From Candidatus Sulfomarinibacteraceae bacterium (lineage in GTDB: Bacteria; Acidobacteriota; Thermoanaerobaculia; Thermoanaerobaculales; Sulfomarinibacteraceae), in the NCBI GenBank assembly GCA_963796455.1, contig CAWCLO010000001.1, positions 1,088,001-1,152,000 of the forward strand: a stretch of DNA of 64,000 nucleotides, given 5' to 3'. The notes beneath the pieces were generated by a model that saw only the letters and a list, made by a program, of their open reading frames with translations, searched no databases and was not told the DNA's origin. Of this stretch, positions 57,216-64,000 are shown piece by piece (the stretch's first letter is position 1; each line of letters begins with the position of its first letter). The position numbers were made by a program, and so were the translations under genes.

Positions 57216-57980
57216 ATGGGCAAGGCCGATTGGGGAGTCGATCCGGAGTTTTTCGGACCAAGGCACGCACACCGTGAGAACCGCATCATCAGGCGTTTGG
57301 CAGCGGATGTACAACCCGGCCTCCACCTCGAATGTGCAGCCGGAGTCGGTTCGCTCTCGCTCTCTCTCGCCGAGAGAGGTCATACCGTCGTTGCGGTGGA
57401 CAGCTCCTTGAGATCTCTCGCCGCCGCCTTCGAGCGCGCACGGAGGGCAGGTCGGGGCAATCGGGTGCACCCCGTGGTGGCCGACATAACGAATCTCCCT
57501 TTCAAATCCTCGGTCTTTCCGACCGCCACATCAGCCGAGACTCTCGAACACATCGAGGCGGACGGCGCCGCTGTTGCCGAGATGGCCCGTGTTCTCTTCA
57601 CTGGAGGGTGGCTACTCGGGACCGTGCCCGCGGGAAAGACCCAGTGGTCCGAGTGGGATGACTGGGCCGGACACATTCGCCGCTATTCGCCTAACCAGAT
57701 GAAATCGCTGCTCGAAGGAGCGGGCTTCGAACCCGAGGTCACGATGTGGGGTTGGCCGACGCTCCGACTCTACGACACCGTCTTCCTCAGGAGGGTCAAT
57801 CGCAGACGATTGCAGGAACCCGGCTCGATCGAAGAGGACTCTTCTCTGAGACGAATTGCCCGCCTCGGCGAGCAACGATGGCTGGTGGGAGTCACCCGGG
57901 CGTTGTTCTCGCTTGATCGCCTCTTTGACGGCTGTCGGTGGGGAGTCGGGATCCTGTTCGCCGCGCAGAAGAAAGGCTGA
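57216..57980 (+). CDS. Class I SAM-dependent methyltransferase
   Basis: LECAAGVG, ADITNLPF, ETLEHI, TVPA and GHIRRY. Confidence 0.85.
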   Translation: MGKADWGVDPEFFGPRHAHRENRIIRRLAADVQPGLHLECAAGVGSLSLSLAERGHTVVAVDSSLRSLAAAFERARRAGRGNRVHPVVADITNLPFKSSVFPTATSAETLEHIEADGAAVAEMARVLFTGGWLLGTVPAGKTQWSEWDDWAGHIRRYSPNQMKSLLEGAGFEPEVTMWGWPTLRLYDTVFLRRVNRRRLQEPGSIEEDSSLRRIARLGEQRWLVGVTRALFSLDRLFDGCRWGVGILFAAQKKG

Positions 57981-57982
57981 TC

Positions 57983-59548
57983 TCAGGGCGCAGGTCTGTA
58001 TCTGGAGGTCGGCCGCCGCACCCGGAGACCGCCGCTCTCGACCCATTGGCGACCGACCAGCGATCGACCCCAGGTATCGGTGAGCACGATCCGCAAAAGA
58101 TAGTCCGTGGCCGGATCCGCCCCCGACCAGGACGCGAACTCCTCTCCCTCTTCATTCGAATCGCCACGGCCGATTTCCTCCGGGTCTCCAGATCGTCGCG
58201 GCACCGCCTGCAACCGCCACAAAGCCATCTCCGGGCCGCCGTCCAGGCTGAAGAGCGCGGCCGTACCGAACAAGGAGACCGGTACGGACGAGGGACGAGA
58301 CGGTGGATTAACGAGAAAGAACACCCCGATGAGCCCGTGACCAGCCAGGGCCGGTGTCGTCGTGACCGCGGTCTGATCGGCAAACAGGCGGGCCCTGTCG
58401 TAGGCTCCAAAACGCGTGAATGCACCCGTGGGATCTTGAGGATAGGGCAGAACTTCGCTGTGATGGAGCTCGATCGTGCTGTCGTGGGTGGCTTCGATCG
58501 TCGAAGTGATCGTGGAGTCGTAGACAACGATCTGTGACTGGTCGCGCGATCCGAAGAAACCACCACTGCCATCGATGATTGAGTCCTCGACCCGGACCCT
58601 TGAAGATCCCAGACTGAGGATTTCGCCGACAACCGAATCGAGGACCACGATCCGCGCCTCGTCTTCCGGATACAGATTCCAGGTATCGATGGAGGCATCG
58701 ACGAGATGCAGTTCGCGGTCAAACTCGATCACTTCGTTCTGATAGTGGGCACCGTTGACAAGATCCGCGATCACCGCATCGTTTGGCAGGAAGAACCCGA
58801 CCACGACCCAGTTGTCCTCGGAGATATCACGGAGAGTAAGCTTGCTGCCGCTGCGGATCAGCATCGGCCACAGCAGGGTTTTACAACGGTCGAGAGTTAC
58901 CCGCTGCAGGATGCCCGACGAGCCCTCGGGGGGAAAGCTCCAGTGGTCGATCATACCCGGCATCGGCGGCGTGTAGATCGCCTCCGAATCCGCCGGGAAC
59001 TCCACCCAGACCCAGAGCACGCCGCCATCGTCGTCGCGTGGAACATCGGCCAGAACCATCACGGAATCATTCTGCACGATAACTTCGAAATTCCCGTTGA
59101 GCCGCCGTGCCTCGATGCGTGCTTTGTCGGCCGACACCAGTTGAACATCCCCGAAATCAGAGTCCTCGATCACCAACTCGGCGTCGCCGGCGACCACCAG
59201 AGCGTGTTGCACCTGATTGGGTACGCGATAGTCGCAATCAACGATTTCGACCGTCGCCCGATCGACAGCGGCCAGGGCGAACTGACCGTGGTAGATGTTC
59301 ATGAATTGGATGACCGAGTTCTCGAGGTGTATGGACGAATCCGCCACCGCCCAGATATTTCCGGTCACCCTCAGACCGGGATCGGCCACATCTCGAACCG
59401 TCAGCGATCCACCCGCGGCGACGATGACATTCTCCACGTCCGTCGGTTCGGTGATGACCACGTCGGTGACGATGATCCATAGGTCATCCGCGGAGGAATC
59501 ACCGGCGCCAACCAACGCGAGCACGGCCAACAAGAGATACTTTTTCAT
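57983..59548 (-). CDS. Secreted beta-helix-like hypothetical protein with a basic C-terminal tail
   Basis: Signal peptide MKKYLLLAVLALVGAG; ends RVRRPTSRYRPAP. Confidence 0.7.
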   Translation of the reverse strand: MKKYLLLAVLALVGAGDSSADDLWIIVTDVVITEPTDVENVIVAAGGSLTVRDVADPGLRVTGNIWAVADSSIHLENSVIQFMNIYHGQFALAAVDRATVEIVDCDYRVPNQVQHALVVAGDAELVIEDSDFGDVQLVSADKARIEARRLNGNFEVIVQNDSVMVLADVPRDDDGGVLWVWVEFPADSEAIYTPPMPGMIDHWSFPPEGSSGILQRVTLDRCKTLLWPMLIRSGSKLTLRDISEDNWVVVGFFLPNDAVIADLVNGAHYQNEVIEFDRELHLVDASIDTWNLYPEDEARIVVLDSVVGEILSLGSSRVRVEDSIIDGSGGFFGSRDQSQIVVYDSTITSTIEATHDSTIELHHSEVLPYPQDPTGAFTRFGAYDRARLFADQTAVTTTPALAGHGLIGVFFLVNPPSRPSSVPVSLFGTAALFSLDGGPEMALWRLQAVPRRSGDPEEIGRGDSNEEGEEFASWSGADPATDYLLRIVLTDTWGRSLVGRQWVESGGLRVRRPTSRYRPAP

Positions 59549-59573
59549 GCAGGAACTCGTGCTCTTTATGGTA

Positions 59574-60299
59574 TCAGCCGTTTCGAAGCTCCCGAAGAAC
59601 TGCCTGCTGGTCTTCGGTCAGGCGTCTCGCCCCCTCGCGAAAGGTGAGAGCCGACAGCTGGTGGATATGCTTCTCGAGGAAACCATAGGTGAGCTGCGGC
59701 CGTTTCTTGCTGACATCACGCAGGATCCATCCTATGGCCTTTCGGATAAAAAACTCACGTTCGTGCAACATGGTTTCGGCAAAATCAGCAAAGAGCGAAA
59801 AATCTCCGCGGCCGGCCCGGAGCATCGGCAACTGAGAGAGCATCGAAGCTCGCCGGATCCAGAAATCTCCGTCCCTCGACCACCTCCGCAGTATTGAAAC
59901 CGCCTCCTCTGGATCTCCTTCGACCAGGGGCGCCGCAACCTTGGTACACAACCAGTCAACCAGGGCCCAGGTGTGGGAACACCGCAGCAGTTCTTCCACG
60001 AAAACGAGATCCGCCAATTCGAGACTGCCCGTTCGAGCCTCGAGCAGCGCAACCGCAACCGCCCTCAGCTCGTAAATCGGACGCTGCCACAGTCCTCGCG
60101 CCACCTCGATCAATAGACGCCGATCCAGCTCCGGATGACGATCGAGAAACTGGCGGCCCACCGTTCTCAGAGGTTTGGCCGCGACACCCACAAACTCGAG
60201 ATCACTCTTGAGGTACGCCTTGGCGCCGCTTGCTCTGGTTTTGTTTCCGACAGCCCTCAGTGCAGCAAGAAGTTCGTCAACCAGGAGTTCGGTATTCAT
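59574..60299 (-). CDS. DNA alkylation repair protein (AlkD-like)
   Basis: AYLKS..F.GV, WALVD, FWIRRAS and FFIRKAIGWILRD. Confidence 0.88.
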   Translation of the reverse strand: MNTELLVDELLAALRAVGNKTRASGAKAYLKSDLEFVGVAAKPLRTVGRQFLDRHPELDRRLLIEVARGLWQRPIYELRAVAVALLEARTGSLELADLVFVEELLRCSHTWALVDWLCTKVAAPLVEGDPEEAVSILRRWSRDGDFWIRRASMLSQLPMLRAGRGDFSLFADFAETMLHEREFFIRKAIGWILRDVSKKRPQLTYGFLEKHIHQLSALTFREGARRLTEDQQAVLRELRNG

Positions 60300-60302
60300 C
60301 CA

Positions 60303-61154
60303 CTACAGTCCGATCGAGCCAGCCCAATCGACAATCAACCTCGCCACCACCAGCGGCCGCTCCATCGGTACGAAGTGGCTGCTCTCGGACACCTCGATCA
60401 CCTGCGCGGTGGGTAAAATACGGCGCACCCGCTCGGCCGCTGCCGGGAGGAAGGTGTCGGATCGGGCACCTCGAATAAAAAGCATCGGGAGGTCGATTTT
60501 CCGGAGCTCGGGCCAGAGGTCGGCCGGCGTCATTTGGAAGATCCTGGTCTCCCAGGCCTTTGGATAACGGAGCTTTACTTCGCCACGACCGGTCGCTGCA
60601 AATGCTGACTGGATGTAGTCTTCAAGCACCTCCGGGTCCCAGCTCGAAAAAACCGGTTTCCCGGACCACGACCCGCGAACCTCGTCGAGATCGGCATAGG
60701 ACTCTCGTCGCCGCTGGGCGCCCCGGATCAAAGGCAGGCGGTGGCTGAATCCGAGTCCTTTGAAGACTCCCCAGAAGAGCGAGTGGAAACCGGTGAAAAC
60801 GACGGGGTCCACGAGAACCAGGGCGCGATACGGCCCCGGATCAGCCGCCGCGCCCAGGAGATGCAGGACACTTCCGAGGCTGTGCCCGACTGCCAGGGCG
60901 CCACCGATTTCGCGGCGCCTCATTTCAAGCATGAGATCCCCGGCAAGCTCCCGCCACGAGCTCACTGCCAGGGGATCGCTCCCGGGCCAGAGGGGACGGG
61001 CGGCAAAGCTTGCAACCGAAAAGGAACGGCCAAGCTCTTCGAACAGGAGTCGATAGGTTCCGGGTGGAAAACCGTTGGCGTGCCCGAACACGATCTGCCG
61101 CCCGCTCCCGGCCCAGTCGGTCCAGGCCTCGCGTGGAGCTGCGGTCTTCTGCAT
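60303..61154 (-). CDS. Alpha/beta hydrolase
   Basis: HANGF, GHSLG and HFVPMERP. Confidence 0.9.
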   Translation of the reverse strand: MQKTAAPREAWTDWAGSGRQIVFGHANGFPPGTYRLLFEELGRSFSVASFAARPLWPGSDPLAVSSWRELAGDLMLEMRRREIGGALAVGHSLGSVLHLLGAAADPGPYRALVLVDPVVFTGFHSLFWGVFKGLGFSHRLPLIRGAQRRRESYADLDEVRGSWSGKPVFSSWDPEVLEDYIQSAFAATGRGEVKLRYPKAWETRIFQMTPADLWPELRKIDLPMLFIRGARSDTFLPAAAERVRRILPTAQVIEVSESSHFVPMERPLVVARLIVDWAGSIGL

Positions 61155-61171
61155 GGGTGCCTCGCCTCGAT

Positions 61172-62356
61172 TCAGATCACACCGAGCTCACGACCGACCT
61201 TTGCAAAGGCCGCAACCGCACGATCGAGGTGCTCCACCTCGTGGGCGGCAGAAATCTGGACCCGGATCCTCGCCTGGTCCCGCGGCACCACGGGAAAACT
61301 GAAGCCGATGACGTAGATGCCCTCCACGAGCATGGCGTCTGCGACCTGGGCGGCAAGGCGGGCGTCGTAGAGCATGACCGGCACGATCGCGGTCTCGCCA
61401 TCGAGCACGTCATAACCGAGTTTCGAGAGCTTGTCCCGGAAGTACCGGGTGTTCTCCATCAATTTGTCACGCAGGGCGGTGGTGGCCGAGAGCATCTGGA
61501 AGACCGCGATTCCGGCTGCCGCAAGCGACGGTGTCAGGGTGTTCGAAAAGAGGTATGGCCGCGAACGCTGGCGCAGCAGATCGATGATCTCCTGGCGACC
61601 CGTCGTATAGCCTCCCGATGCTCCTCCCAAAGCTTTGCCGAGAGTCGAGGTGATGATGTCGACCCTCCCCTGTACACCGCAGTGCTCGGGGGTTCCCCGA
61701 CCCGTTTCGCCGATATAGCCGGTTGCGTGAGAATCGTCCACCATGACCATCGCGCCGTAACGATCCGCCAGATCGCAGATCTGATCGAGCTTGACGAGAT
61801 AGCCGTCCATCGAAAAGACCCCATCGGTGGCAATGAGCCGGCGGCGGTGTCCCTGGGTCTTTTTCAAGATCTCTTCGAGCTCGGCCATATCGGAATTGGC
61901 ATAACGATATCTTTCCGCCTTGCACAGACGCACACCATCGATGATCGACGCGTGGTTGAGCTGGTCGGAGATGATGGCGTCTTCCGCACCCAGGATGGTC
62001 TCGAAGAGCCCAGCGTTGGCATCAAAGCACGATGAATAGAGGATTGTGTCCTCGGTCCCGTTAAAGGTCGAGATCTTGTCTTCGAGCTCTTTGTGGAGAT
62101 CCTGGGTACCGCAGATGAAGCGCACCGAGGCCATTCCGAAACCGCGTTCGTCAAGGGCCTTTTTGGCAAAATTGATGATCTCGGGGTTGTCGGCCAGACC
62201 CAGGTAGTTGTTCGCGCAGAAGTTGATCACCTCGCCCTGAGGGACCGAAATGGCAGCACTCTGGGGTGAAGAAATAACCCGTTCTTCCTTGTAGGTCCCC
62301 GCCTCCCGAATGCCGTCGAGCTCGTCCCGGAATCCATCCCGAAAGGTGTCAAACAT
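61172..62356 (-). CDS. kbl: Glycine C-acetyltransferase (2-amino-3-ketobutyrate CoA ligase)
   Basis: [30 protein letters not shown] and [10 protein letters not shown]. Confidence 0.95.
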   Translation of the reverse strand: MFDTFRDGFRDELDGIREAGTYKEERVISSPQSAAISVPQGEVINFCANNYLGLADNPEIINFAKKALDERGFGMASVRFICGTQDLHKELEDKISTFNGTEDTILYSSCFDANAGLFETILGAEDAIISDQLNHASIIDGVRLCKAERYRYANSDMAELEEILKKTQGHRRRLIATDGVFSMDGYLVKLDQICDLADRYGAMVMVDDSHATGYIGETGRGTPEHCGVQGRVDIITSTLGKALGGASGGYTTGRQEIIDLLRQRSRPYLFSNTLTPSLAAAGIAVFQMLSATTALRDKLMENTRYFRDKLSKLGYDVLDGETAIVPVMLYDARLAAQVADAMLVEGIYVIGFSFPVVPRDQARIRVQISAAHEVEHLDRAVAAFAKVGRELGVI

Positions 62357-62450
62357 CAGTGATCCTCCTCGCACGATTCATTGCAGGTGACGATGCCTCC
62401 ACGGATGGCGGCGAAAAACTCAGTTGCGGCGGTGCGACTGAATCGATGCC

Positions 62451-62795
62451 TCAGTTGGTCTGAAAACTCGCGACTGCCTCCGCCTCGTCGTCAAAGACCT
62501 CGAGCAGCGGCAACAACTGGGTCAGGAGCAGTGTCCGCTGCACCTGCGGCGCCGGGCGAAGCAGTTTGACCTCCGCGCCGAAGCGGTGGGCGAGTTTCCA
62601 GCTCGATACAACCTCGCCGATCCCGGAGCTGTCAATGATGGTGACCAGACGAAGGTTGAGCAGGATCTTTTTCCAATCCTCGGCAACCAGTTCGTTCATC
62701 ACATCGCGCAGGAGTTCGTCTCCCACGCCCATCACCAACCGTCCTTCGAGATCGACAATGATGACGTCTTCCACGTGGCGTACATCGACTTTCAT
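62451..62795 (-). CDS. STAS-domain anti-sigma factor antagonist
   Basis: IDSSGIG; 114 aa. Confidence 0.9.
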   Translation of the reverse strand: MKVDVRHVEDVIIVDLEGRLVMGVGDELLRDVMNELVAEDWKKILLNLRLVTIIDSSGIGEVVSSWKLAHRFGAEVKLLRPAPQVQRTLLLTQLLPLLEVFDDEAEAVASFQTN

Positions 62796-62921
62796 GGTCG
62801 GTATTCTAGCTTGGATTCACCGGAAGTTGCCCGATTGACAACACGAGTCTTACGGGTCGGTCTTTGGTTTGTCCGAATCTCGGTTGGCCCGTGCCCGCGT
62901 CCGCGTCCGCGTCCGCGCCCG

Positions 62922-63042
62922 AATTGCAGCGGCAGCGGCACGATGCAGCGACAGATAGCAGCGTCCAGGAACGGCGAACAGGGGCGGTTATTCGGAGGCA
63001 GTTCGCTGTCGCAATCCGAGACTCTGTCCCGAACAAGAGTGA
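62922..63042 (+). mobile_element. Minimal (ends-only) derivative of the four-helix-bundle element (copy F)
   Basis: Left end AATTGCAGCGGCAGCG and right end ATCCGAGACTCTGTCCCGAACAAGAGTGA, matching copies B and E. Confidence 0.65.
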
Positions 63043-63079
63043 GCTCCGGTGAACGGGATTTCTGCGATCGACTCGAAGG

Positions 63080-64000
63080 TCAGCCCGGATTCAGCCCAGA
63101 TTCTTCCGCCCGATCCACCCGGTTGCGACCGGCAACCTTCGCGCGGTAGAGCGCCTCGTCCGCGACCCGCAACAGCTCGACGCTGTCCTGCGCGTCATTC
63201 GGGAAGCACGCAACCCCACCGCTGATCGTCACCTTGCCGAGTGGTTGGGTGCTACCCCCTTCAAAGGGGAACTCCTCGATCCTCTTGCGAACCATTCCCG
63301 CTGCTGTCATCGCCTGAGCCCGCGTGCGGCCCGGCATCACCAGGAGGAACTCTTCACCACCGAAACGGCCGAACACATCGTCGGTACGGACCGATTCCTT
63401 GACCAGCCCCGACAATTGCGACAACAGCCGATCGCCGGCCAGATGGCCGTTGGTGTCGTTGTAGACCTTGAAGTTATCAAGATCGAACATGAAGACCGAA
63501 ACAGGCATGCTCTTTTCACGGCCCTGGTGAATGGCGAGACCAAGCCGGGCCAGCAGGGCCCCCTTGTTGAAAATCTGAGTCAGCTTGTCGATATCGGCCT
63601 CGACCTCCTTCTTCTGATAGGCCTTGACGTTGACCCAGGTCAGGGCGCCAACCCGGGCAATCATCTCGAGGACGTCGCGCTCGGTATTGTGGTGTCGCTC
63701 GGGCCGGGAGATCGCGAGCACGCCGATGGTTTCATTTCCTGCCACCATGGGTGCGATGATGTCGTACTTGGGCTCGTTTGTGATGCGCGAGCGTTCGTAG
63801 CTCCACATCTGGTCTTCCTCGAAATCCTTGCGAACCATGACCTGCTGGCGTTCGGCCACGATTCCGACCTGACCCTCTCCAAAACGAAACTCCATGCCAT
63901 CCCGCAAGGTTCCTCGAGTCGATTGCAGCGCGGCAATTGTCAAACGCAGGGGATCGTCGGCGTCCGTCGAGGAGCCGCGGCGGACCAGAACGGCGGCCAC
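63080..64000 (-). CDS. GAF-GGDEF diguanylate cyclase (5' end outside the window)
   Basis: DKLT, DLDNFKVYND..GH, RTDD I-site, RFGGEEF and ALYRAK. Confidence 0.93.
   Translation of the reverse strand: MAAVLVRRGSSTDADDPLRLTIAALQSTRGTLRDGMEFRFGEGQVGIVAERQQVMVRKDFEEDQMWSYERSRITNEPKYDIIAPMVAGNETIGVLAISRPERHHNTERDVLEMIARVGALTWVNVKAYQKKEVEADIDKLTQIFNKGALLARLGLAIHQGREKSMPVSVFMFDLDNFKVYNDTNGHLAGDRLLSQLSGLVKESVRTDDVFGRFGGEEFLLVMPGRTRAQAMTAAGMVRKRIEEFPFEGGSTQPLGKVTISGGVACFPNDAQDSVELLRVADEALYRAKVAGRNRVDRAEESGLNPG

Overview
GC-rich bacterial chromosomal window. Gene content and order (lysS-lolE-lolD-clpC-bamA-skp-lpxD-fabZ-lpxA, plus rarA, carD, pruA, murA, kbl, rnd and cstA) suggest a diderm bacterium; Acidobacteriota/Thermoanaerobaculia-like is my inference only. 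About 50 housekeeping, envelope and regulatory CDSs are present. I saw no rRNA, tRNA, CRISPR array, transposase or reverse transcriptase. The main signal is intergenic: a dispersed element family seen six times. Two copies are intact and carry a 117-aa four-helix-bundle (IVP/Avd-like) gene behind a conserved ~140-nt nested hairpin that overlaps its RBS and start codon. These are bracketed by mutually inverted CAGCG(N)/(N)CGCTG hexamer arrays. The other four copies are deleted, truncated or have the ORF replaced. All interior stem mismatches are C.A on the coding strand and therefore G.U on the antisense strand. Many other spacers hold inverted pairs of 7-, 8- or 9-mer tandem arrays with nested REP-like hairpins. 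Smaller findings: many apparently leaderless genes, a Cys-to-Asp MurA, an 11-bp-periodic operator upstream of a spondin/two-component locus, and an AIR-synthase-like/HAD fusion. All product calls come from motif recognition by eye, not database searches.
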